Assembly: GCF_003994415.1 (NCBI RefSeq)
Contig: NZ_CP034689.1
Location: forward strand, 5,733,280-5,797,279
Origin: Achromobacter spanius
GTDB taxonomy: Bacteria; Pseudomonadota; Gammaproteobacteria; Burkholderiales; Burkholderiaceae_B
DNA length: 64,000 bases
Direction of reading: 5' to 3'
Shown: piece after piece, positions 51,450 through 60,385 of the stretch
Layout of the letters: each line of letters starts with the position of its first letter
Position numbering within the stretch: position 1 is the stretch's first letter
Position numbers and translations under genes: made by a program
The notes under the pieces: generated by a model
What the model was told of the DNA's origin: nothing
Seen by the model: the letters and a program-made list of their open reading frames with translations, nothing else
The model's database searches: none

Positions 51450-51980
51450 TCAGGGGGTGGGAGGATCCTGGCGGCGCTCGAATTCCAGCACGTCGCCGCC
51501 GCGCAGGTTGAACGTCAGGTGCCGCGGAGCACCGCCACTGTCCAGCGTGAAGGTATCGATGGCGCTCAGCCCGCGCAGGTAGTCGGCTTCGAGTTTGGCG
51601 CGTTCCGCCGGCACGCAGGCCATGCGGGTGGTGGCCGGCGCGTTGATGAACAGCTTGCCGCCTTCCAGCTTGTAGGAACCCATGTAGCGGTTGCATCCGG
51701 CAAAGCCATTGACGCGGTACTGCTTGCCTTGGGCCAGGAACGTCAGCCGCACCGGTTCGCCGTTGTCACCGTGGGGAATATCGCGCAAGACACCGCCGGG
51801 CTGCGCCCAGCGGACCAGTTCCCAACTGGTCTGGGCCAGTGAGTCCGCGCTGGTGGCGGCATTGGCCGCGGCGGCGCCTTGCGGGCGCGCACCTCCGTTG
51901 GACCCCGCGCACCCCGCCAAGGTCGCCGCCAATAGGCTCAGGCATAGCAGCCGACAACGCGAAGACAGATGGGTAAGCAT
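51450..51980 (-). CDS. META domain (HslJ-like) lipoprotein, tandem paralog.
   Basis: Start at MLTHLSSRCRLLCLSLLAATLAGCAGS (lipobox). It reads GFAGCNRYMGSYKLEGGKLFI...TRMAC, a clear paralog of the adjacent gene. Confidence 0.7.
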   Translation of the reverse strand: MLTHLSSRCRLLCLSLLAATLAGCAGSNGGARPQGAAAANAATSADSLAQTSWELVRWAQPGGVLRDIPHGDNGEPVRLTFLAQGKQYRVNGFAGCNRYMGSYKLEGGKLFINAPATTRMACVPAERAKLEADYLRGLSAIDTFTLDSGGAPRHLTFNLRGGDVLEFERRQDPPTP

Positions 51981-52287
51981 GGGTAGGGCTCCTGAAGGTT
52001 TCGACCCCCCGACTGTAACCGGGCCAGCCCCGTGTCGTCCTCGTATCTCCCCCCTACAGCGGTATCCAAAAGCAGCAAGCCGCGTCCGCCGCCTCACACC
52101 GATGACGCAGCCAACTGCATCGAATGCCGCATGGCGGCGGCTTCAGCCGACGCGCAGAATCATTCCAGATAAGGGTGCCGACCGCCCTGCAAGCACAGGA
52201 AAGCAAGTCGATTACCGACGCATCAAGCAACGCAGGTGTCCGGTCCGAGGGGGCCGCAAACAACAAGACTACCGGGGAGACACGGCG

Positions 52288-53439
52288 ATGGGCTTCTTAA
52301 GAACCTTACTGGCGCTATCAGTGGTGCTGGATCATCTGGGTGGCAGCTACACCGACAATCTGGTCGGTGGCCGGCTGGCGGTGCAACTGTTTTATGTGAT
52401 CTCGGGATTTTTGATTTCGTACGTACTGACCGCCACCGACAATTACCAGGGTGCCACGGGCAAGTTCTACGCGAATCGCTTCCTGCGGCTGTTTCCCATC
52501 TACCTGACCGTGGCGGCGCTGACGCTTGCCGCCCATGTGCTGAGCGGCGGCGCCTTTTTCCGCATCTATGAAGCCCTGCCTTTTTCGGCCGAGCTGTTTC
52601 TGCTGTTGTCCAACGTGTTCATCTTCGGCCAGGACTGGCTGATGTTCTTCGGCATCCAGCATTCGGCCCTGGCCTTCACGGGCAGCTTCGCCAACAGCGA
52701 CGTGCCGCTGTATCAGGGCTTGCTGGTGCCACAGGCCTGGACCCTGGGCGTCGAGATGAGCTTTTATCTGGTGGCGCCTTTTGTGCTGGGTTCGCCGCGC
52801 CGGCTGCTGGCTTTGCTGGTTGCTTCGCTGGCGCTACGTGGTGTGCTGATCGCAACCGGCGTTGGGCTGAGCGACCCCTGGACCTACCGCTTCTTTCCCA
52901 CCGAGTTGGCACTGTTCCTGATCGGCTCGCTGTCGCACCAGGTACTGCTGCCGCTGTTCAAGGCCTGGACCCGACGCGTGAGCCGTCTGCCGGAAATAGG
53001 GACTGCCGTGCTGTTCGCCTACACGCTGCTGCACTTTTCGATCAGCATCAACCCCACCGTGCGTGACGGGTTGGCCGTGCTGCTGTTCGCCGCGCTGATG
53101 CCCCTGGCGTTCCTGTTCCAATCGCGGCATCGGCTGGACAAAGCGATCGGTGAACTCAGCTACCCGATCTATATCTGCCATTCGCTGGTGATCCTGGTGT
53201 TCGGCTGGCTGCTCAACGACATTGAAACGCATCAGCCCACGCTCTTCGCGGCACTGGTGATTGCGGGCAGCATCGGATTTTCAGCCCTGTTGAATGGCCT
53301 GGTCGCCGACCCCGTGGAACGCTTGCGCAGCCGCCTGCGCAGCAAGCCGCAAGCCGGCGCGCCGATACCGGCGCCGGATGCCCGCCGGCGGCCCCAAAAC
53401 GCGCCGCAGCCCATCGGGACTATTCGCCGCGTGCCTTGA
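52288..53439 (+). CDS. Acyltransferase family 3 (OafA/YrhL-like integral membrane O-acyltransferase).
   Basis: Start at MGFLRTLLALSVVLDHLGG. It has about 10 transmembrane helices and the family-3 motifs LDHL and VISGFLISYV. Its 3' end overlaps the convergent XRE gene by 20 nt. Confidence 0.82.
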   Translation: MGFLRTLLALSVVLDHLGGSYTDNLVGGRLAVQLFYVISGFLISYVLTATDNYQGATGKFYANRFLRLFPIYLTVAALTLAAHVLSGGAFFRIYEALPFSAELFLLLSNVFIFGQDWLMFFGIQHSALAFTGSFANSDVPLYQGLLVPQAWTLGVEMSFYLVAPFVLGSPRRLLALLVASLALRGVLIATGVGLSDPWTYRFFPTELALFLIGSLSHQVLLPLFKAWTRRVSRLPEIGTAVLFAYTLLHFSISINPTVRDGLAVLLFAALMPLAFLFQSRHRLDKAIGELSYPIYICHSLVILVFGWLLNDIETHQPTLFAALVIAGSIGFSALLNGLVADPVERLRSRLRSKPQAGAPIPAPDARRRPQNAPQPIGTIRRVP

Positions 53440-53818
53440 TATAGGCGGCCAGCACCAGTTCTATCTGCCGCTTTTCCTGCAAGCTCAACCGTGAATAGGT
53501 GGCGTACGACACCGATTCAAACGGCCAGGCGGGTTGCGGGGAAATACCGCCTTCGGCCGTCGCGGCCGGGTCGGTGTAGCCAGAATTCAGCATCGGACCT
53601 TCTCCGGTGCTGAGCCACATCGGGCTGACCCGCAAGGCGCGGGTCAATTTGATGAGGGCATCACTGGAGGGTTGCAGGCGCTGCCCGCTTTCGTAGTTGC
53701 CGATAGCGCTCTGAGAGAGGTTGCTTGCGACCGCCAAGTCCTTTTGAGTCCATCCCTGAAGCATTCTTGCGCTGCGCAGACGATGGCTAAACGTGTCCAA
53801 TCGATCAACCTGAGACAT
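53420..53818 (-). CDS. XRE-family (Cro/C1-type) HTH transcriptional regulator.
   Basis: The N-terminal HTH reads LRSARMLQGWTQKDLAVASNLSQSAIGNYESGQR. 132 aa. Its promoter faces the AT-rich gap. Confidence 0.8.
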   Translation of the reverse strand: MSQVDRLDTFSHRLRSARMLQGWTQKDLAVASNLSQSAIGNYESGQRLQPSSDALIKLTRALRVSPMWLSTGEGPMLNSGYTDPAATAEGGISPQPAWPFESVSYATYSRLSLQEKRQIELVLAAYIKARGE

Positions 53819-54249
53819 TAATCTGAAATTATTTATTAATTAAAACATCTCAATACAACCGCCAAATAAACGGATTGCACCCCAATTCCCGGGTTAATCC
53901 GTAAATCGCACTATTCGTGCGCTTTCCCACTGACGCCAGTTGCGCGGGCCGCCCTGCCCGGCACCCCATATTTTTAAAAAATCCCATATCTGGCATTGAC
54001 TTAACTCTGCCGCCCACCAGGTACAACCCGTCGGCGTCGGAAGTACGACTGGCACGTTGGGCAAAAAATTCGGGGCTTGAGTTTATTAGCCTTCAGGTAT
54101 GCAAAATAGAAAATAATGTATCGGTAATACTTAATAATTCCTTGCAGGGCATGTGACAACGCGGAAAAACAATCACCGTTTCAAGCCCTTCGCCAGAGGG
54201 ACGGACCCTCCTGCGGTTACCATCAGAAACTACAGAAACGTATCTTCAC

Positions 54250-54287
54250 AAAAAAACACGCCCGTGTTTAAATGAAACACGGGCGTG
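54250..54287 (-). terminator. Strong rho-independent terminator oriented for the minus strand inside the AT-rich gap. It implies a short minus-strand transcript, a candidate sRNA spanning about 54250-54400.
   Basis: The plus strand reads aaaaaaa-cacgcccgtgttt-aaatg-aaacacgggcgtg. On the minus strand this is a perfect 13-bp stem followed by UUUUUUU. Confidence 0.55.
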
Positions 54288-54435
54288 ACTTCAAGACGGC
54301 ATTTGGTCCACCGGCCCCTGGCGGCCAGCATGGGACAAGCAACCGGCCGGATTCCTCGCCCCCATTCAAAAAACACCGCCGGACGGTCTCGTCATGGCCC
54401 GCCGCTTCGGGCCGCGCCTCTCATTGGAAGCATCA

Positions 54436-55248
54436 ATGAATAACACGCTGGATGTCATTTTCCTTGGCAATGACGATGCCAAGCACACAAGGCTTGTGGA
54501 CGCCTTATCTCATCTGGGCTTCTGCGTACGCCGCTGTCACGACCTGATCGACGTCTACGATCGCTATTCCCGCCGTCCCAGTCCCCTGGTGGTATTGGAC
54601 GCGCCACTTTCCGATATCCACAACGCCGCCGTGCGTTTACGCGCGGTCGACCGAGGCTTGGGCATCGTGGCGATCGCCGCATTCACGGACGCGGAAAGCC
54701 GCATCCGCACGCTGCTCTGCGGCGCGGATGCCTGCCTGCCGCCCGACGTGACGGGGCTGGAATTGGCGGCGGCGCTCCAGGCTTTGGTACGCCGCGCGGT
54801 GGGCTTGGACGGCATGGAAGCCGCGGCCGAGGCACACACCGAAGAACCCGCACAGGAAGCCTGGCGGCTGGCGAACAAGGGTTGGACATTGATCAGCCCG
54901 ACAGGCCGCACATTGGGCCTGACCACCGGCGAACGGGATTTCCTGTCGCGGCTGGTGACCGCGCCCGATCGCAAGGTCAGCCGCGACGCCTTCTACGCCG
55001 ATGGGGCCGAAGAGGCCGACAGCGGCATCACGCGCCGACGCTTCGTGGACGTGATGATCAGCCGCCTGCGGCGCAAGGCGGCCGCCAACCAGATGACGTT
55101 GCCGATCCGCGCCGTGCACGGCTGGGGCTATATGTTTGCCGCGGACATCACGCTGGACCTGGACTATCGGACTTCGGGGGAAGACAGCCGCCAAGACGGG
55201 CTGGAAGAATGGCGCCGCGAAACCGAGGACGCGGACGCGGCCAACTGA
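54436..55248 (+). CDS. OmpR/PhoB-family winged-helix response regulator, orphan with no adjacent histidine kinase. The receiver domain appears to lack the conserved Lys.
   Basis: The receiver-like N-terminus has the DD pocket (FLGNDDAKH) and the phospho-acceptor-position Asp (LVVLDAPL). The C-terminal trans_reg_C reads LTTGERDFLSRLV...RRFVDVMISRLRRK...IRAVHGWGYMF. An alternative upstream start lies at 54394. Confidence 0.72.
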   Translation: MNNTLDVIFLGNDDAKHTRLVDALSHLGFCVRRCHDLIDVYDRYSRRPSPLVVLDAPLSDIHNAAVRLRAVDRGLGIVAIAAFTDAESRIRTLLCGADACLPPDVTGLELAAALQALVRRAVGLDGMEAAAEAHTEEPAQEAWRLANKGWTLISPTGRTLGLTTGERDFLSRLVTAPDRKVSRDAFYADGAEEADSGITRRRFVDVMISRLRRKAAANQMTLPIRAVHGWGYMFAADITLDLDYRTSGEDSRQDGLEEWRRETEDADAAN

Positions 55249-55710
55249 GTCGGCTCGAATGGCCTGGCGTGTTCAGCGTTGAACACAAAGAAGACGGGCA
55301 AAAAGCAGATAAAAAAACGCGGCGCTGCCCCCGAGAGGTAAGACGCCGCGCTAAAACAACACGTGAACCCGGAGTCATCAGCCGGCACTGATGCCTTCTA
55401 CCTGGATCACGCGATTCCAACATTCGTGCCTCATACTGCTCACGCACGGTCCGACCGTGAACCTGCGCCGGGTCTCTAGTCCCCGCGCAAGCTGCAACGT
55501 GATCAACGCCTGGATGTCGGGCCGGCCCTGACTGCTGGCTGGCCTGCCATCCACATCAGCGGTTTTCCACTTCGATAGCCGCGTGATGAACGGAGTTTAT
55601 GACTTGGGCCGCGAAACCAGTAATTCTTTGTTGATAGCCTTCCATACCTATTTGATATAGCAGGGCCTCTCGTCGCATCGTCCTAAAATGCGGACTAAAG
55701 GATCAGTCCA

Positions 55711-56922
55711 ATGCCCCTGAATTCCCCGTCGCTGTCACGCCGGCTCAAGAAACTGCGAGCGCTGTTTTCGCCCAACTGGTGCCTGGCCATATTGGTCGCC
55801 CTGGACGGCTATGCCTTCATGCACCCCGTGTTGCGCGAGGTGCGCGCGCGCGAATATTCGTTTTGGCTTGCGCTGGACAACTGGCATGAAGTGATGCGGG
55901 TGGTCGGGCTGTTGGAGATTCCCCGGCTGGTGCTGGGCGTGGGCCTGCAAGTGATTGCCATCGGCCTGATTCTCAAGGCGCGGATCGCGTGGGCCTTTTC
56001 ACTGGTGCTGCTGATCGGTATCGGCACCTTTGCGATTCTTGGCGAGGCCGGGCGCGCGGGGCTGGGCGTGTACACGCTGGTGCTGTTGATTGCGCTGATC
56101 GTCTATTGGCGGCGCTTTGACCGCGCGAGCGTCACGGCGGGTTCGCTGTTCGCCCTGGTCAGTGTGGTGTCTCTGCTGATCTACGCCGTCTTCGGCACGC
56201 TCTACCTGGGCAACGAATTCAACCCGCCGGTGCAGGACATGGGCACCGCGTTCTACTTCTCCATCGTGTCCATGTCCACGGTCGGTTATGGCGACATCAC
56301 GCCGCACAGCATCACGGCCAGGCTGTTCACCGCGTCGATTATCATTCTTGGCATTACCGTATTCGCCACGTCCATCAGCGCGATTGCCGGCCCGGTAATC
56401 GGCGGCAATCTGAAACGGCTCGTCAAAGGCAGATTCTCCACCGCCATGAGAAAAAACCACATCATCATCGCGGGCGCGACTCCGCTGGCGCTTAGCGTCT
56501 ATGCCGGACTGCGCCGCCGGGGCGACGAAGTCACGGTGATCGTGCCGCCCGGCAGCCCGCAGGAATATCCCGCCGCCGCGGACCTGATCGAAGGCGATCC
56601 GTCCAGCGTGGAAGTCTTGCACAGCGCCGGCGTGACCCGCGCGCGCTACGTGCTGGCGCTGCGCGACGACGACGCCGAAAACGCATTCATCGTGTTGGCG
56701 GCCAAGGAAGCCACGGGCGAAGGCGGCGCGAAGACGGTGGCGCTGGTCAACACCAGCAAGCACCTGGAGAAGATCCGCCGCGTGCAGCCGGACCTGGTGT
56801 TTTCGGTGCAGTTGCTGGGCGCGGAGTTGCTGGCGCGCGCCATCAATGGCGAACCCATGGACGGCCAGGCCATTGCGGACCTGTTCTTCGCCAAGGTAGA
56901 ACCGCAGGCCAAACCCGCCTGA
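55711..56922 (+). CDS. Voltage-gated/RCK-type potassium channel (ion-transport domain plus TrkA-N/RCK domain).
   Basis: The selectivity filter is TVGYGD. An NAD-binding-like RCK domain (IIIAGATPLALSV) follows. 403 aa. Confidence 0.88.
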   Translation: MPLNSPSLSRRLKKLRALFSPNWCLAILVALDGYAFMHPVLREVRAREYSFWLALDNWHEVMRVVGLLEIPRLVLGVGLQVIAIGLILKARIAWAFSLVLLIGIGTFAILGEAGRAGLGVYTLVLLIALIVYWRRFDRASVTAGSLFALVSVVSLLIYAVFGTLYLGNEFNPPVQDMGTAFYFSIVSMSTVGYGDITPHSITARLFTASIIILGITVFATSISAIAGPVIGGNLKRLVKGRFSTAMRKNHIIIAGATPLALSVYAGLRRRGDEVTVIVPPGSPQEYPAAADLIEGDPSSVEVLHSAGVTRARYVLALRDDDAENAFIVLAAKEATGEGGAKTVALVNTSKHLEKIRRVQPDLVFSVQLLGAELLARAINGEPMDGQAIADLFFAKVEPQAKPA

Positions 56923-56949
56923 TGATGTTGCCGGCCGCGTTGCCCGCAT

Positions 56950-58527
56950 CTAGGGCAGCGATGCCACCCGCTCGCCGGGCGGCGAGTGCCGCGCATACCA
57001 GGGCACGAAATCAGCGGACGGCATGGGCCGCGCAAACAAATAGCCCTGGATGAAGGCGACGCCGCGCGCCGTCAGATATTCAAACTGCGCCTGCGTTTCA
57101 ACCCCTTCGGCCACCACCGCCAGGTTCAGTCGGTGCGACAGCGTGATGATCACGTCAAGTACGGGCGCCTCTTCGCCGGATGGCATGATCGCCTGTACGA
57201 AGCCCTTGTCGATCTTCAAATAATCCACCGGAAATTTCTGCAGATACGACAGCGAACAGTGCCCGGTGCCGAAATCATCAATGGCCACGCGCACGCCCGC
57301 GGCACGCAGCGTATCGATATTGCGGCGTGCCTGGCCGCTGTCCGAGATCAGGCTGCGCTCGGTGATCTCAAGCACGATCAACGGCCGGCGCGCCGCGACC
57401 CTGGCCACGAAGGCCTGGATGTCTTTCACCAGCACGTTGCTGGACAGATGTTCGGGCGCGATGTTCACGCCCACATGAAAGTCGGGCGGCGTCGTCCAGG
57501 ACTGCATGTCGCGCTCGATCAAGCGCAGCAAATGTTGGGTCAAGGGGATGATCATGTTTTCCGCCTCGGCCGCGGCAATGAAGATGTCCGGCCGCACGAA
57601 GCCCACGCCCGGGCGGTTCCAACGCATCAGCGCTTCAACACCCGCGCACTGCCCCGTCAGTTGCCCATACACGGGCTGATAGTGCACCTGGAATTCATCG
57701 GCGCGCATGGCTCGACGCAGTTGCTCCTTGAATGACAGGCGATTCAATTGCAGCCGATAGGCGGCGAACGCCAGGCCCGCGCCAATCAACAACGCCACGG
57801 GCAGATAGCTCAGCAATAGCTGCTGCCAGGCGTCGATCAGGTTGGCGGTGGGCGCCTTGACATGGATGGTCAGCGCCACGCGCCCGTTGTTGCGCGTGAC
57901 CTCGTCGTACACGGCTTGCACATTGGCATCGGACGCATGCCAGGAATCGCTGTGGATCGGCGCCCCCTTGCCTACGATCAATTCCATGCCATAGTCGCCC
58001 AAGGTGGCCACGGCGTTGAGCAGGTCCAGCACGTAGCGGCCATCCACGGCCACCGCGCCGCTGTATCCCGGCGCGCCCGGCTTGCCCAGCAGGATGGCGG
58101 GGCGATCTGGCGCCAAGGGTGTGCCCGCCACCGAAAACAGCCAGCGATCCGGCGTGCCTTCGCTGGGCCATTTGCGCAGATCGCCCAGCGCGAAATCCAC
58201 CTCGCCCACGGCCGACGAACAATAGAGGTGCCGATCGTTGGACAGAACCAGAGCACGAAAATACGGGTTCAGCGTGCCCAAGCGCCGTAGCTGCGGCAAT
58301 ACCTCCGCGCAGGGCCGCGGCGTCAGTTCCGCCACCTGGTCCAGCACGGGCCAGGCTTGCTCCAGCATGTTCTCCATTTGCACGCGAACAATCTGCGCAG
58401 CCGCCTCGGCTTCCGTGCGCTGCTGCTTCTTGGCGTAAATCCAGGTCTCGACGGAGCACAGTACGGTCGGCAGCACCAAGGCAAACGCCACCGGCAGGTA
58501 TCTCCAGGACGGCACGCGAACCGTCAT
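56950..58527 (-). CDS. CSS-motif sensor domain plus EAL domain c-di-GMP phosphodiesterase.
   Basis: A periplasmic CSS-motif domain (HLYCSSAVGE) lies between two transmembrane helices. The EAL domain carries QPVYGQ, EALMRW and EITER. Start at the internal Met (MTVRVPSW); an alternative lies at 58623. Confidence 0.85.
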   Translation of the reverse strand: MTVRVPSWRYLPVAFALVLPTVLCSVETWIYAKKQQRTEAEAAAQIVRVQMENMLEQAWPVLDQVAELTPRPCAEVLPQLRRLGTLNPYFRALVLSNDRHLYCSSAVGEVDFALGDLRKWPSEGTPDRWLFSVAGTPLAPDRPAILLGKPGAPGYSGAVAVDGRYVLDLLNAVATLGDYGMELIVGKGAPIHSDSWHASDANVQAVYDEVTRNNGRVALTIHVKAPTANLIDAWQQLLLSYLPVALLIGAGLAFAAYRLQLNRLSFKEQLRRAMRADEFQVHYQPVYGQLTGQCAGVEALMRWNRPGVGFVRPDIFIAAAEAENMIIPLTQHLLRLIERDMQSWTTPPDFHVGVNIAPEHLSSNVLVKDIQAFVARVAARRPLIVLEITERSLISDSGQARRNIDTLRAAGVRVAIDDFGTGHCSLSYLQKFPVDYLKIDKGFVQAIMPSGEEAPVLDVIITLSHRLNLAVVAEGVETQAQFEYLTARGVAFIQGYLFARPMPSADFVPWYARHSPPGERVASLP

Positions 58528-58856
58528 TCCTGATGTGGACAAATTCGCCTCGTCGAGAAGTTCCAGGGCAGCGCGAAGGCCGCGTGTATTGGGGCGCCGA
58601 TGGATGGCGTCGATGCATGACACACCAGGCGCGAAGTAACGTCAAGTTACTTTGGCGCCATTTCTGCACGGCCCGTATCGCCCGCCATGCGGCGTTTGCG
58701 CGCTGCGTCAGGCGACAAAGAGGTGGCGGACGCAGACTGGTGTTGCGGGTCTGCGCTGCGCTATTGTTAACGCACGCCACACGCACGGCGCCGGCCGCCC
58801 CGACCTGACGGCTTGAGGACTGATTCGTTACCCCTTACCCACTTTGACAAGGACGG

Positions 58857-59327
58857 ATGATGAAGAAACCTACTGCCTCCCCTTCCCACGGAATCGTCGG
58901 CGCCAACGCCGCCTATTGCCAGCGCCTGGCGCAGCTTGCGCAAGAAAGCCAACAACGCTGGATGGAGCTGGGCCGACGCCTGGCCGACGACAACGCCACC
59001 AAGTACCTGGCGACGCTGGGGCCGCTACAGCATTCCGGCGCCTGGCAGGACATCGCGCCCGCAATCGGCGACATCGCGCGCAAGCAATGGCAATGCCAAT
59101 TGGACGCCAGCCAGGCCATCACCCACGCCGCACTGGAAGAACAAGCGACGCTGGCAGCCGGGCTGGGCGAAGCCATGAGCGGCTGGTTCAAGCTTGCCAC
59201 CAGCGGCGGCATGGCGCTGGCCACGTCACCGATGACGCAGATGTGGTCAGCCCTGTCCGACCAGATGGCCGCCGCATGCTCGGCCATGCGCGACGCCAGC
59301 CCAGCAGGGGCGCATCATGACGCCTAA
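58857..59327 (+). CDS. Putative phasin (PHA granule-associated protein family).
   Basis: 156-aa Ala/Gln-rich protein with predicted amphipathic helices, directly upstream of and overlapping phaB. The assignment rests on context plus composition only. Confidence 0.5.
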   Translation: MMKKPTASPSHGIVGANAAYCQRLAQLAQESQQRWMELGRRLADDNATKYLATLGPLQHSGAWQDIAPAIGDIARKQWQCQLDASQAITHAALEEQATLAAGLGEAMSGWFKLATSGGMALATSPMTQMWSALSDQMAAACSAMRDASPAGAHHDA

Positions 59328-60063
59328 ACGCACCGCACTGGTGACAGGCGGCGCGGGCGGCCTGGGCCGGGCCATTGCGCTGGCCCTGCACGACGCTGGC
59401 CACGATGTCATCGCCACTTATCACTCCAACGAAGCCGACGCGCGCGCCTGGGCGGAAGATGAAGCATCGCGCGGCCGCCGCTTCGCGCTCTATCAGGTGG
59501 ACGTGGGCGACCATGCCTCGTGCCAGGCACTGATGCACCAACTGGAACACGACGGGCGAACCATCGACATCCTGGTCAACAACGCGGGCATCACGCGCGA
59601 TGCCCGGCTGACCAAGATGAGCCTGGAACAGTGGACCGAGGTCATGCACAGCAACCTGGATTCCCTGTTCCACATGACGCAGCCGCTATGCGGCGGCATG
59701 GCGGCGCGCGGCTGGGGCCGCATCGTGAACATTTCATCGGTGAACGGCAGCAAGGGCGCCTTCGGCCAGACCAACTACGCCGCGTCCAAGGCGGGCATTC
59801 ATGGTTTCACCAAGGCGCTGGCGCTGGAACTGGCCAGCAAAGGCGTCACCGTCAACACCGTATCGCCCGGCTATCTGGACACGCGCATGGTGCAGGCGGT
59901 GCCCGAAGACGTGTTGAAGGAAAAGATACTGCCGCAGATCCCGGTCGGGCGGCTTGGCCAACCCGAAGAAATCGCCGCGCTGGTGGCCTTCATCTGCAGC
60001 GACGCGGCGGGTTTCATGACCGGTAGCAACGTTGCCATGAATGGCGGTCAGCACATGTATTGA
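59317..60063 (+). CDS. phaB: Acetoacetyl-CoA reductase (NADPH-dependent SDR).
   Basis: 248 aa. It reads MTPKRTALVTGGAGGLGRAIA...NNAGITRD...YAASKAG and ends NGGQHMY, which is typical of PhaB. Confidence 0.92.
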   Translation: MTPKRTALVTGGAGGLGRAIALALHDAGHDVIATYHSNEADARAWAEDEASRGRRFALYQVDVGDHASCQALMHQLEHDGRTIDILVNNAGITRDARLTKMSLEQWTEVMHSNLDSLFHMTQPLCGGMAARGWGRIVNISSVNGSKGAFGQTNYAASKAGIHGFTKALALELASKGVTVNTVSPGYLDTRMVQAVPEDVLKEKILPQIPVGRLGQPEEIAALVAFICSDAAGFMTGSNVAMNGGQHMY

Positions 60064-60087
60064 CGGATTTGACCCGCCCGGCTTCGC

Positions 60088-60125
60088 GCCCGCCCACGGA
60101 CTCCGTCGGCGGGCGCGGTTGTTTC
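60088..60125 (+). terminator. Putative terminator after phaB.
   Basis: The hairpin gcccgcc-cacggactccgt-cggcgggc is followed by a T-rich run (cgcggttgtttc). Confidence 0.45.
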
Positions 60126-60385
60126 AAGGGCGGGACAAAGGTGCAACCCAGCGGCTGAAACGCGGTTCGATACACCCGGTAACGGGTTAACCCCATATTG
60201 TTATGACGTCGTTCGCCTCGTATATTTGCATCCACTTGAGCCAGATTGGATGCAATTTTGATTTTTAGTATCCATATCTAGCCCTCGTATGTGAGCCGCG
60301 GGCGCCCTTGCCCCGGTCTTTCAAGCACCGCCAGACCCCACGCGCACCAGACGCTGGTCCGGCCATCCTTCGAGGGGAACACACC

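Noticed and set aside
53917-54156. 79-aa ORF inside the AT-rich intergenic island.
   Set aside because: It has no RBS, an odd composition and no recognisable family. It is more likely chance in AT-rich DNA, although a small-protein toxin cannot be excluded without expression data.
53420-55248. Possibility that the XRE regulator is part of a toxin-antitoxin pair or a prophage remnant.
   Set aside because: There is no adjacent small toxin-like ORF, no integrase, and no tRNA or att-like repeats. The neighbouring genes are chromosomal-type.
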